Assembly: GCA_965235115.1 (NCBI GenBank)
Contig: OZ249438.1
Span: 8,990,001 to 9,054,000 of the forward strand
Direction: 5' to 3'
DNA from: Laetmonice hystrix
Taxonomy: Eukaryota
Length of the DNA: 64,000 bases
Both the position numbers and the translations under genes were made by a program. This document shows positions 1 through 12,494 of the stretch, in pieces; position 1 is the first letter of the stretch; each line of letters begins with the position of its first letter. Below the pieces are notes generated by a model. It was not told the origin of the DNA and did no database searches. It saw nothing but the letters and a program-made list of their open reading frames with translations.

Positions 1-164
<164 letters not shown>

Positions 165-437
165 TAACGGTCAACTTCTTTCAAACAGGTTGACGGTCAC
201 TTTCAGAACACTCCCCATAAAGTTTTATGTTGGTAATTGATTTGGCTACCCACACCAAGAGTTTGGTAACTACAAGAAAAATAGAAAGGGAAGTCATTGA
301 ATTTTGTGTGCAGGCAGTTCAGGCCAATAAAAAAAGTATGTGAACTCATTGTTGGATAGTACTGATACTACTGAAGTACACAAGAAACATAGTCAGCTCT
401 GATCTGTGAGAAATCAGTGATTGTTCAGCCAGACTAA

Positions 438-728
<291 letters not shown>

Positions 729-907
729 TAACACCCCCTTCCCCACCAAGAAAGTTTGGGAGGGGAATAAAATCCAAAATGACAGTATTGTAATCTCTGA
801 CACTAGATCCTTAATATTGCGTACCTCAAGGAAAAGTTTATAGTTGGAAAAGACTACCCCAAGTAGGGCTCAAACAGTTAACTGAAAATGTTTTGTCTTT
901 ACTAAAG

Positions 908-992
908 GGTTTGAAGTAACAGAGAGGATCTTCCTGGGTAAAGAGGATTGGGATGCACTTTTCAAACCCTCCGACTTCTTCCAGCGATATAG
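908..992 (+). CDS. PAPOLA: Poly(A) polymerase exon
   Basis: (G)FEVTERIFLGKEDWDALFKPSDFFQRY(R); AG/GTAAG boundaries, phase 1 to 2. Confidence 0.92.
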
Positions 993-1236
993 GTAAGTTA
1001 CAGTAATATTACATAAAGATTCATTTATCTCTTAACTTAGCAACAAAATAAACTTGGTACAGCTGTAATATTGACTTTCTATAGCCCAGCAAGTAAGATT
1101 CCGAATTCTCCAGTTTATTTATCAACTTTGCAAGTGTCTACAGTATCTTGCATCTACAGTAGTTAAATAATCAGTTTGGCCTAGTCGCTGCCAAATAATG
1201 TCTTGATCATACTCTTACGATGTTACATCCTTGCAG

Positions 1237-1290
1237 GCATTACATAGTGTTATCAGCCAAGGCAGATTCAGAGGAGCATCAACTACAGTG
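1237..1290 (+). CDS. PAPOLA: Poly(A) polymerase exon (start of RNA-binding domain)
   Basis: HYIVLSAKADSEEHQLQ(W); TTGCAG/GTAAG; matches PAP HYIVLLASA. Confidence 0.93.
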
Positions 1291-1441
1291 GTAAGTTACC
1301 TCGTCAGGACATTACTCCTTTCAAAGGTCTTGTGATCTCATTGTTTTTATATGAAAGTTTACGTAAACTCTTTAAATAGATCTTTACGGTTATTATTTTT
1401 ACCTTACAGTGACTTACCTATGTTAGTGTAACCTCGAGTGA

Positions 1442-1579
<138 letters not shown>

Positions 1580-1893
1580 TAAGGGTCGATTTCATTTTCT
1601 TTCCCTTAAGTCAGTCAGGCGTGTGTAGTATGACTGAAAACTCTGGCATGTTCAGCCTGACTTGATAAAAATTAGGTTTGAAGACTTGGTAACCCTATGA
1701 GATTTGTAGTTGTTTAACATTAAATGTGACGTTTCCTTGATGCAAAACTTGGTTGAGCCCAGCTTTAGTTCAAGTTTAAAGTGTAAGTTTATACACTGGA
1801 ATTTAAAGCACTGTGATAATTTTCTAAACAAGTAAAATGCTGTACCATAAGTGAGGGTATCCTAATGTTGTGTTGATGGTGATGATTTTGCAG

Positions 1894-1997
1894 AGAGCCG
1901 AAGTACCTGACCAAGTGGTTTATAGGACTCGACTTTGTAAAGGCAGAGAACGTGAACGTAGACCTCACAAGCGACATTCAAACTTTCACTGACATGG
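1894..1997 (+). CDS. PAPOLA: Poly(A) polymerase exon
   Basis: EPKYLTKWFIGLDFVKAENVNVDLTSDIQTFTDM; matches PAP W.IGL.F...VDLT.DIQ.FTD; TTGCAG/GTGAG. Confidence 0.94.
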
Positions 1998-2338
1998 GTG
2001 AGAAACTGAGAATATCACCATCATGTCTCAATGCCATCTAAGGCTGTTTTGGTTTGGGTTGCAAAGATTTAAACAATTTATTTCATATGAACGTTGAATG
2101 TTTGGCTGACCTTGTTTTTACAAACCCTAACATTTGTGTTAAACATAGTAAAATACCAGCTTCTCTATAACTTATATTTAATTCCTACCAACCCTATTTT
2201 TTTGGCTTGTATAATAAGAAATCGGTTCTTTCTATATTTATATATTTCTTTTTTTCATGCTTTCTTTCTAGCCTAATTCAGATACTTGTATAAACGAGAA
2301 CTGAGTGATTTATATTGCCGACATTTGTTTACCTTCAG

Positions 2339-2408
2339 TACACCGACAGGCATTGAGCATCAGTATCCTGAAGGAAGGCATGAAAATTGACATCAAGCAT
2401 GTCAAAAG
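2339..2408 (+). CDS. PAPOLA: Poly(A) polymerase exon
   Basis: (V)HRQALSISILKEGMKIDIKHVK(R); matches PAP VYRQA...MKI...HVKR; TTCAG/GTATG. Confidence 0.93.
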
Positions 2409-3822
2409 GTATGGTGTTGCACAAACCGTCTACAGTGTCCAAGTACAAGGGTCAGCGGCATTGGATAAAACCGATGAGGTTTTACAACAATTGTTAACCT
2501 GCTGTGCATTAAACCAATATAATGACATCCAATGTTGACTATTTTCCTATATTTCCCCCAAACCCTTTCAAGATCAAGCAGAAACGATATCAGAGGTAAT
2601 ACCTGCCTTTAAGCTGAGAAAAGAACGACAATCTGGATGTTATAAAGGATGCTCGGGGGTATTTCCCAGCCGCCAACTTCGGGCTCTGTAGCAGCAATGT
2701 TTTACGACATGCTGCCTATCCATATTTTATAGTTTTTTGGGTAAAATTCTTATACAGTACAGTTTCTCAGTAACTGTAAGAAAAGTATTTCTGATGGTTA
2801 CACTAATAAGATTTGGTTTTCTGTATGAGTTGTCCTATTACGACACTTTACATGCTGTGGAATGGGGCCGACAGAGGTGCCATGGTCGGCAGTGTGGACG
2901 TCTTGGCGGGAGGGAAGCTGGCACTGTTGCTGCTGACAAACACTCATTTTGAACTTGAAATTTTTCATAAACTGCGATACGAATCATTATCAGTTGGTCA
3001 TATACAAAGGTTCATTATTACGTTCTGAAGCTAGTGCAAAGTTCGGATAAGTGGAACCCCTCCTTACATGCGTGTTAACGGGTACAGGGTCCAGGGAGGG
3101 CCCGCAGTGGCCCGGACAAGTCAACATGGCGCAGAGAGTACCGCGTACATCACGTGTGGCTCTCACTTCAGTGGCGTCTAGCTCAAAAATTAATTCGGGA
3201 CCCCCTATTTTATTTTTACAGAGGATACCCATTGAATTATAATATACTGCAGTTTGAGCCATCTATCTTTACAACATATCAATAAAAATGGAGAAAATGC
3301 TTTTAAAAACCTTGATTTACCATTGGAGGCTAGTAAACATTTCTCCATCTTCAAACCAAGATAGACAAAAAATAACTTGGGGACCCCTAAAAAAAGTTTA
3401 GATTTTAAATCTGCATCTTAAGGACTACAAAGTGGGAAAAATCAGGCTGATGTCATTACTTTTGAGAATGACCTCCATCCTCCTTAACATGAATTCGTCA
3501 GTCGTGCACCATAAACCCGTTCTTGTCATTCAGACTGGAAAGGGTTAAATAAGTTCAAATGGTATTGTTCGGGTCGGTCAGAACCAGCATGTGAAAGTGC
3601 GTGCCATTATACACCTTTAAAGACTTATGACAATTTGTGACGAGTCGGACCTCTAAAGCGTATATGAAGGCAAGTTATCTGATTTTATATCACTGCCGTC
3701 ACAGTTTTAGTGTGAAGGATTGAGTACATATTCTTTTATAAATTATTTGGTGCTTTGTTTGTTGTAACCTTCTGTTATTGAGAATATGACTTCTATGCTA
3801 ACATAGAGATCTTTTCTTACAG

Positions 3823-3895
3823 AAAACAGTTGGACCAATATTTACCTCAAAGCATCATCCAGCGATGTAAAGTTGCCAAGGACAAGAGAAAGTCT
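3823..3895 (+). CDS. PAPOLA: Poly(A) polymerase exon (end of RBD, basic NLS-like region)
   Basis: KQLDQYLPQSIIQRCKVAKDKRKS; matches PAP RKQLHQLLP; TTACAG/GTAAG, phase-consistent. Confidence 0.9.
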
Positions 3896-4006
3896 GTAAG
3901 TCAAATATGCAAATAGATTTGTACTATTTCAGAGAAGAAAAAAAAGGGAGGGAGAGAGCAAGATTCTGATTTGTGGTTGATCTGATGCTTTATCATGCTT
4001 TTCTAG

Positions 4007-4399
4007 GACAAGGTAACGACAGGAAAGGCTGGAGACAACAGGCGGTCGAGTGTAGAGGGATCCAACTCGAGCGCAACACTCTCTAGGTCTGATTCATTCA
4101 CATTACGACAGAGCAAGAGCACAGCAAGCCTTGATGGCGTAAACTCAGAGTCTCAGGACAGTGGAGGTGGGGCGGGCGGGTCACCCTCGGAGGAGGAGGG
4201 GTCACAGGGTGCACGGGAACAGCCCAGTGAGGAGAGCCTAGTCTCCAACACCACTCATAACCTTACCGTGACCGACGACAATGCCGTCATGAGTCCTGGT
4301 AGTGCAACAGAGCCCTCTAGTGACAAACCCGCTGAAGGTCAACCCTCAGCGCCTGCGACCAATGGAAAGGAATCGGAGGTGGACGACAAGGTTGAGTCG
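4007..4399 (+). CDS. PAPOLA: Poly(A) polymerase exon, Ser/Thr-rich disordered C-terminal region
   Basis: TTCTAG acceptor, 131 open codons (DKVTTGKAGDNRRSSVEGSNSSATLSRSDS...DDKVES), GTAAG donor at 4400, phase 0/0. Confidence 0.82.
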
Positions 4400-4536
4400 G
4401 TAAGGCACAAGCTGGGAATTATTGGCCAAGTAGTCAGATTTTTTTTGGTGCCATGAAATGCTCCAGATTTGGATAATTTTGTAAAATCTAAAAGATTACA
4501 GTGGATGGGTGGTAACAGAGTGGTTTGTTATTACAG

Positions 4537-4635
4537 AGTGACTGTGTCATGTTGGACAAATTGCCCACGCCCAAACGTCCTCACTCTCCCTGCAACCAAG
4601 GTACACCACCCAAACGGATCAAAGACGGAGATGAG
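4537..4635 (+). CDS. PAPOLA: Poly(A) polymerase exon (second NLS / CDK-site-like motif)
   Basis: SDCVMLDKLPTPKRPHSPCNQGTPPKRIKDGDE resembles vertebrate KRTSSPHKEESPKKTKTEEDE; TTACAG/GTTAG, phase 0. Confidence 0.8.
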
Positions 4636-5303
4636 GTTAGTCCGTTTGTTTTTACCACAAAGTTATAGTTGCACTGGTAGTAGTAATGATTTCCATTTTG
4701 CTGGTTTCTTCACTAAATATCTCAAGATCTACTGAATGTTTATATGTGTACAAGAGTGTTAAAGGGTTTTTTTTTATTACCAATAAATTCTATTTCTTTA
4801 CAAAAATATGCAAGAAAGCTCCCATTCAAGAATGTTCAATTTATCATTAGGTTGTAGACTTTGAGGTATGTAATAAAGTTTGGTGGGACGAGCTGGTGTT
4901 GTATGATTTTCAGTGCTATAATTGTGTTGATATATACAGTGGAAACCCGCTTAACGACCAACCCGGGGAAGCGGGCAACCCGTCATTACGGGCAGTTTGA
5001 TCCAGTCCCGAATTTTTCCTTCTATATTCATGTTTGTGAAACACCCGCCAATACGGGCACTCGCATTGCGGGCAACCCGCCTTGCGGGCGCCTGTTTTCA
5101 GTCCCAACCGGCCTCTTTCAACTCGGTCTCGCGACCACTCTGGCCGCTCACACCTCATACTGCTGGTACCGGCGCCACCCTGGCCCGTTCACACCTAGTG
5201 CTGACTAGGTGCGACCTGTCAATCAAAGTGAGACCACTTCCATAAACACATATCGTCAGTTTTCCTAGGTGAGAGAAACAATGCAACCCACAATGCGGCC
5301 TAC

Positions 5304-5459
5304 ATGATCAAACAAACAGCTTTAGCCACATACAGCCAGACCCTTGCACACCTCATGACCGCCCAGGACAACTTCCTGACCGAGACCCTCACCAGGTGTA
5401 CAGTGCAACCCACTCTAGCCAGCTTCTTTAAAGTCCAACTGACATCAAAATTTACATAA
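5304..5459 (+). pseudogene. Possible remnant of a pogo-type transposase C-terminus with PIP-box-like motif
   Basis: MIKQTALATYSQTLAHLMTAQDNFLTETLTRCTVQPTLASFFKVQLTSKFT*; QxxLxxFF near the end, as in pogo/Tigger transposases; lies inside the TIR-bounded element. Confidence 0.4.
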
Positions 5460-5966
5460 AATTTAGTGCCAGATCCTGATAATACATGTAATTTGTTGTT
5501 GTTTAACTTAAAGGAGCGGTTATTGTACAAGAATATGAACTGTGTGTAAGCCGTTTTAAAGACCAATTCCCCTGCTGACGTCATCAGGGGCAATGGTAAA
5601 GAATAGGCAGAAGTCAGACTGTGATGAGGCGCGAGATTCGAATTTTCAATATTTTTCTAAATTGAGAGGACTTCTCAGAAAACCTATCAGGGATACGGGT
5701 ACAACTCAAAGTGATCTATCTAGATCAGTAAAGTTACCTATGTGATGTCAGTTGCACTTTAAACGTTCTTAAATTGACGAACTTTATACACATATGCATA
5801 CGAACTATGATAGAGCATTTTGAGTCAGAAAAATCTGTGATTATCCGGGAATGTAGAAGATTTATTTAAAGATGTATAGTCCTATAGTCCTATTACATTT
5901 TAAACATGTTTTACTACATGTGCATGCACTGTTCAGTTGTGCTGCAATGTTCCATTCAGTAATAAT

Positions 5967-7470
5967 CAGGGATGAAAGTTTTCAGGAAATTTCCTGAAAT
6001 CAGGAAATTTGAAAAAATCCCCCCCCCCCCCCCAAGAAATAACACCCAAAAAAGGAAATAGGCCTAGGCCTAGATCTATAGGCAAAAGAGGTAGGCCTAA
6101 GCCAAGGCTAAGTAGGCCTATTGCCCTGGACTGTGTAGTGGGCAATTTTATTTGTTAAATATCAAATGAAACAATATCCCCTTCCAGGACGTTTTTTAAT
6201 GCAGCTCAATATATCTCTACCTGCCCAAAGTTCGTTTATAGATGGGGATATTAGAGTGTCTCAAACCCGTCCAGTGTCACGTACGGGTACCGCCGTGCAT
6301 AGGCCGGTCTGCCGGGGGTGCTGGTGTACCGCCCGCGGTCCCTGTAGCTGTGGTGACATCGCTCACATAGACCGGCCCGCGTGGGCTGACTTCTACCGGC
6401 ACGCGGTGGCGTCTGTCCCGTCTGGCAGGCACGGCCCCGTGTCGCTGTGGTGAGAGCGACTCACCTCAGGTAATGGCTTCAGGCAAAACTGATGGTCAGG
6501 CAGCTGGGAAGCCCGTTGATTCAGGCTTGCCATATGCCATATCCATGCGCGAGTTTTGCCTGAGAGCTCACTTAGTGATAGCATAGAACGAGACTATAGA
6601 CAGACCGGTCTGTCTAGTCCCGGTGATAGTGATTAGGCTGACGAACTACGCACCATCACAATGTCACTCCTCACAAGAAACTGGGTCAATTTAGTTCTAT
6701 GAATCTGCCTAGTATATATGTCAGTAAGTTCTCATAATGTTTTCTTGCATATAAATTTGAGGATAATGGCATTACGTAAGTGGTTTTTACTGAAGTTTTG
6801 GGGTTGTCAGGACTTTTCATTACATTTGTTGATCAGTGCAGGTGTCCTGATAAGACCGGAAGTGACAATATTTACAACAACATGAGTGGCACATGGACAC
6901 ACGGGCTGAACCACTCGACTCAGCGACTGTGTTGCTTGGCTGAGAGCCGCTGAGGGTCGTGACTGCTGAGGGTCAAGACTGATATATACAGCCTGTGTGG
7001 TCAGTCTAACACATGGAAGCTGTTTGACAACGTAATCGGGTGCATTTTGGATGCTAAAAGCCGACTGGATTCCAATGTTGGAGAGAGACGGCAGAGCCAG
7101 GCAGAGGTTGACACTGAGTCTGACAGGCAAGCAACAGCCTTGAACAGGGGCATGGACTGATGTAGTGATGAGTGATGGAGTCTATCCAGCAAATTTGCAG
7201 GGGGGGGGGGGGGGTTGGGGGGTGGGGGTGGGTGGGGTGGGGTGGGGGGTGGCGACTAAATACTGAGGGCTAGGCCCTATAATATATAATAGCTAGGAGG
7301 CCTTATCGGATCATGATTGTCTGCTGTTCCTAGCCTGACTTTTTTTAAGGGGGGGGGGGGTAAGCCCCTCGGATGTGCGCACGAACAAATATTAATTATG
7401 GACATTGGCCCCCGCCGCTGCCCCCGGTCAGGATTTCAGGAAATTTTACCGCTGGCCACTTTCATCCCTG
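5967..7470. mobile_element. hAT-like non-autonomous element nested inside the pogo-like element
   Basis: 13-bp TIRs CAGGGATGAAAGT / ACTTTCATCCCTG, repeated CAGGAAAT subterminal motifs at both ends, 6-bp direct repeat AATAAT on both flanks (5961-5966, 7471-7476). Confidence 0.82.
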
Positions 7471-8044
7471 AATAATAAATCCATGCTTTTCCAAAAATAT
7501 ATTTTGCTACTTTCATGAATTTCTCACTCGAAGTACATGTATACATGTATTTAATAACAGTCAGGGCCGATTAGCATGTAGTGGCTGATGCTTTCAAAAC
7601 ACAGACATAATGACCTAGTTCCCGGTAAGACGACCACCCCGCTATGCGGGCACCAAAGGCCCAGACCCACGGCTGCCCGCCTAAGCGGGTTTCCACTGTA
7701 GTTGTTTTTGTCTGGTGAATAATGTTCCCTTTCATGTTGTGTATTACCAGTAAATAGTTGTTTATAATTTCCATTGTTGCTTGTTGTGTATACTGGAAGT
7801 TAGCTATGTGTTGTGATGATGTATTGTCAATCATTTTGAGGTGTACTTTATCAGAAAAGTCAGTAAGGTATTTATTTGATTTTCATTTTATATTCTAATG
7901 TTTGTTAAATTATGCCTTCCTACTCAATATAATCAAAATTGGAAAAAAGAACCGTACCCTTATATATCCATATTACAGACAAAGCATAAAACCACCAAAT
8001 CGCTCTGCAGCTGAGCTGTATAAAGTTGAGCTCTTTATTAACAG

Positions 8045-8134
8045 GCTTCCAACTCTCCCAAACCGATGCAGGTAGACGACTCAGCCATCACAGACAAAGT
8101 AACAGATAACCCGCAGCAACCATTTCACAAAATC
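8045..8134 (+). CDS. PAPOLA: Poly(A) polymerase penultimate coding exon
   Basis: TTAACAG acceptor, 30 open codons ASNSPKPMQVDDSAITDKVTDNPQQPFHKI, GTAAG donor; phase 0 links the flanking exons. Confidence 0.7.
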
Positions 8135-8451
8135 GTAAGTTTGTTTTAACCAGTCACTGGGGGTCCAAGCAGAGGAACCGAGAATAAATGGGCAGGCCCA
8201 AGTCACCTATCAGTCTGGACAATTAATGATAGATAGACTTTGATAGCACCATATGTGCTATTGATACGAACATTTATACATTCTACAGTAGGCCTAAGTT
8301 TCTAGATGAAGGCCTAATAGATTTTGTTGAGATGTAATTTTATATTTTTTATTTATTAATTAACAGTTATTTATTAATGTTCGGGAATTGTGGTAATTTG
8401 GCTTGATATTGACTTACAAGTATTGTTGAAATTTGTTGTCCATTGTTGCAG

Positions 8452-8556
8452 CATTTGAACCGTTTGCCATCCGGAGAACTGCCTGACATGTCCAGTCCCC
8501 AGCCAGCGTACACGATGACACAACGTAATGCCATCAAACTCAAATTGAACAGATAG
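8452..8556 (+). CDS. PAPOLA: Poly(A) polymerase last coding exon
   Basis: TTGCAG acceptor; HLNRLPSGELPDMSSPQPAYTMTQRNAIKLKLNR* matches the vertebrate PAPOLA terminus SIKLRLNR*. Confidence 0.92.
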   Translation, partial: HLNRLPSGELPDMSSPQPAYTMTQRNAIKLKLNR

Positions 8557-11500
8557 TAGAGCCGCACTGACTGACCCCACCCCAACCCTGCGACACATCC
8601 GCCTCCAATTTCCAAATCATCGGATGGTTTGCTCAGATGGTGGATCGAAGGGAGTTTTTGGCCAGGGTTCACTGGAAAAATACTCCAGGATTTATTCCCA
8701 CGGTCAGATTCAGGTGTGTCACGATCTACCCGAAAATCGATTGATGGGAGGTAAAGAGATGCTTGCTCACCGCAGCCATGTCGAAATATCTGACATTTAA
8801 CACTATATGAGACTGGAGTAGTGTTATGAAAAAAAACCCAAAACACAGACACAGGTAAAACCAGGAATCAGGCATGAGAATTTCAGGCTGATTTATAATT
8901 GGATTTTCTTGCAAGTGTCATTTATAAGTTTAGATTTGTTGCTGTGTGTAAGGGGGTGGGGTCGGCTGACGGTCAAAACGTTTCCAGAACAATCATCAGT
9001 CCTCACCAAAAAGCATCCATTACCATAACTGATTTTTTGTGGTCTTTTTTTCATTTGTTTGGGCTTACGTACACAACTGGAATATTATGACATGTCCAAT
9101 CAGATTCTTTTTTTTTTCATAGCCCGTACCCCACGTTGCCTTCCCCATTTATTATATTATAACTTCTCATGCCCATTTAAAACGGGTCAGAACAAGGAGC
9201 AAAATGTTGTTCTAAAGTTGGTTTGATAAAGGGCAGAGGTTTGGTTCAGTTCTGTCTTGCCTCTTGGATACAAGAAACCTGTTTGGGACTTTTTGTGTGA
9301 AGGTTCGCCTTTGATTGAAGACGACGGGCGTACGAGCAGTACTAGGGTGTGCTAGGTCATTATCTCTCATCAACCATCAGAGCACAGTATATGGTATGTG
9401 GTCGTATGTCTTATCCAAGATTTTGATGGAGGTTTGAAGACTAGCAATAACTATGCTAGCAATCATCAGCAAGTTGTAATAATAGCATTAACAACATCAT
9501 TCACATATATGTAAGTTTGAAATAAATATTTGTAATTGTAAAGGTAGGAGGGTTGAGAAAGATCATCTATTTCAAGGAGGGGGGGGGGGGGTCATATATA
9601 TTGTAAGTACATTTGTATACAAGATACCCGTGTCAACCCCCCCCCCCCCCCAAGTTGCAGAAGGTTTGTAGCAACACGTAGTACGTTATTAAGTAATACT
9701 TCACTGCGTGTAATGCCACACATTGAGAAAGTGATAAGATCCAGCACTGAATGTCCAAAGAGTTGTTTTTCCACAAATTGTGATGCCAGTTTCGACGAGA
9801 CATTATTTAGGGACCGTTGAACCCATTATGTTGTGTCTCAGTGGTCAGCGGCGCCAAGCCTCAAGCTGAGCCTAAGTAATACTCATTAAATCACGTTCCT
9901 TTTTATGTAGGTGGTACTGGTTTGGGAAGTTATTCAGTGAGGACGGACCCCACCTTCCATGCATGCCCCATTTTTTTTGACCATCTACCCTTCTTTCCCT
10001 GTTTTTTTTCATGTACCTCCGCCTGGCTTTCTGTTGGTGACTTGGTGCACAGATCAGTGTACGTGTTAAAGGAGAAAAACATTATTTTGGGCCAGCATTT
10101 AGGACGAAAGATATCGGGGCAGAGGCCTTTGGGCAGGATTAATTCAAAAATTTGTTAAGCTGGATTGTATAGAGGTTTAATCATGCAGAAATTTGGTTGC
10201 TTCTGCTGTTATACATCCAGCCGTGCACTGCTTTGTGGTGCTGTTTTCGTTTTTTATAATGTAAAAATGTTGAAAAAGTCCCAGTGTATTTGGTGAAGTA
10301 TTTGGTGTGGAAAACAGGCTTGGTAATATGAAAGGAATTCATACTAAGAGATGGTAGAGTAGGGCCAGAAAAAAAGTTTTGCTGACAGGAAATCTCAACA
10401 GCCATATTATGTACTTTAATAGCTCTTTTTTCTTCTTCTTTTTTCCTCTTCTTTTTTCCCCCCTTTTTATCCCCCCTCTGTTGACAATGGTGGATATAGC
10501 GGTCTCGTCCGTTAGACCGTGCTCGCAGCCACCTCGTGGCATATTTGATAACTATGACCATCCCATACTGTAGCATCAGAACTGACGTTTTTAAATAGCA
10601 CGGCGACCGTCAGGATGGCCCCGCTATCATACAATACTGAAGGACGAGACTGTTGCTCTTAAAGAGCATGAGTGACCTTAGAGAAACTTGTTTTCTCAGA
10701 GCCGCTCAAAAATGGAGAACAATAAGAAAAAGGAGGGGTTATACCAGTAAGATGGAGCTGCTATCGTATGGGAGATGTATCAGGTATTAAAAACAGTGGC
10801 ATCATTGTATTCTTGAAACTTGTAGGACAATAATGTTACCACCTTAGACTGGAATCGGAAAAAGATTCCTGCAAAAAATGTAAAACTTGCTCTTTTTTTT
10901 TATAGGTAGTAATACTTGGAGTAGCATTTCGTAACCGTAGTTTGACAGTTGATGTCCAACCAGGATTGTTTTGCTGGGTGTGTGCTTATTTTTTTAAAGT
11001 AATACCTAGGAGTGTTGGAGTAGTGTAGAGTGAACACTACAGTTGTAGTCAAATCTGTTATAAATATAAATTGTCTATTGCGGGGTTTCCATTGGATATG
11101 TGCAAGCGATATTATTTTTTGGGGTGCAGTTTGTTTTTAACTTTCTAAATTTGCTAAATTTCAACTTTTTGTTATCACTCACACAATGTTACATCATTAT
11201 GAACAAAGTTGAATCAGCCTTAGCCCTGAGAAAAAGTTTTATTTGAATGCCATGAGGGCAGTTTGCCCTCACCTCAGATAGAAAGGGTCAAAGATGATGC
11301 CGATCAGGTGCCAACGCATGAAAGATAAAACTGTTCTCCCACATATAATGGAAACGCCGCAGGACTACCGCAGCGAAAACATACAATAAACCATGTTGAC
11401 CTTGGTTTCTGTACCAGTGCAGAACATAGTTTTAGAGCAGCACGATGCTTTAAAACAGTAGGAAAGCGGTTAGCAGCTTCGATATTTGTCTCCATCACTT

Positions 11501-12307
11501 GTAGTGTAGTATTTCGAGCAACTTTCGGGTTAAGTTTGTCAGCAAACACCAAAGATGCAGCCACTGCGCCCTTCGGACGTAGTCAACGAGTCGGTGCTTA
11601 ATTAATGAAAACACAAAACAACGCTTTCAAATAAAGGGACTTTTTTAAACATTTAAATTGATTATTAAATAATAACGTCACAGAAAAGGCGATGAAACAG
11701 CTGCAGTGTTAGACAAACAGCTTTTCACAGATATCGGCAGTGTATATCCCCCCCCTCCCTGGTTTGTATTTTGTACAGTACACGACGACTTTCATAGTCA
11801 GGAAATGATCAACTGTAGTTGACACACATAACGTTTTCCCAAACCAAGGGGGTTGACTTAGCATTCCAGGGGCTATATTTCATATGCATTTACCAAGTAG
11901 AGTTGGTAGGAGATTTTTTGTAGTAGATTCAGTCGTAACATTTTGATAACACATGTAAAGGCCCAGTGTTGCCCAGTAAAGCACCCAGTGTACAGTTTGA
12001 TACTGGGGTGGCTGATTTTTGCTGCTTGTGGCGAGTGTTTACAACATTAGTCGGATGGTTGCCACTATAGGTTTCTTCTACACCAGTCTTAATTCTCATG
12101 GTGTGTGGGAAAAACCAACAACCATCCTGTTTCTACAAAATAGGCCGAGTGCTTGGTTAGATTAATCATTTAATCAAGAATGAAGTTAAAAAACAACGTA
12201 TGAACCGAGTCGAATGGATTGCCATGGTTGCCATTAACCTAGTACGATTAGACCCTACAGGTGTGACAAGAGTGATTGTTGGTAGTACATGGATGTTTTG
12301 TACTTAA

Positions 12308-12494
12308 AGGCCCGAACCCACTATGCGATTTATGCCTTGCAACACCAGTCGCAAGGTTTGCGACACCAGTCGCAAGGTTTGCGACACCAGTCGCAAGGTT
12401 TGTGATAATGTTTGATATTTCCCCGTCTTGTCACAAGCCTTGCGACGAGCCTTGTCTTGTTGCAAGGCATAAATCGCATAGTGGGTTCAGGGCT
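12308..12494. mobile_element. PIF/Harbinger-like MITE (~187 bp)
   Basis: ~35-bp TIRs (...GAACCCACTATGCGATTTATGCCTTGCAAC), TAA on both flanks, three internal 19-bp tandem units (ACACCAGTCGCAAGGTTTG). Confidence 0.85.

Larger units (their letters stand above)
4937..7698. mobile_element. pogo/Tigger-like (Tc1/mariner superfamily) non-autonomous DNA transposon in a PAP intron
   Basis: Perfect 17-bp TIRs CAGTGGAAACCCGCTTA (4937-4953 / 7682-7698), TA on both flanks, subterminal (G/A)CGGGCA repeats; no intact transposase. Confidence 0.88.

Noticed and set aside
6960-7160. hAT transposase dimerisation-domain remnant (LRVKTDIYSLCGQ)
   Set aside because: Only a vague resemblance, preceded by a stop, with no SxAxxERxFS motif
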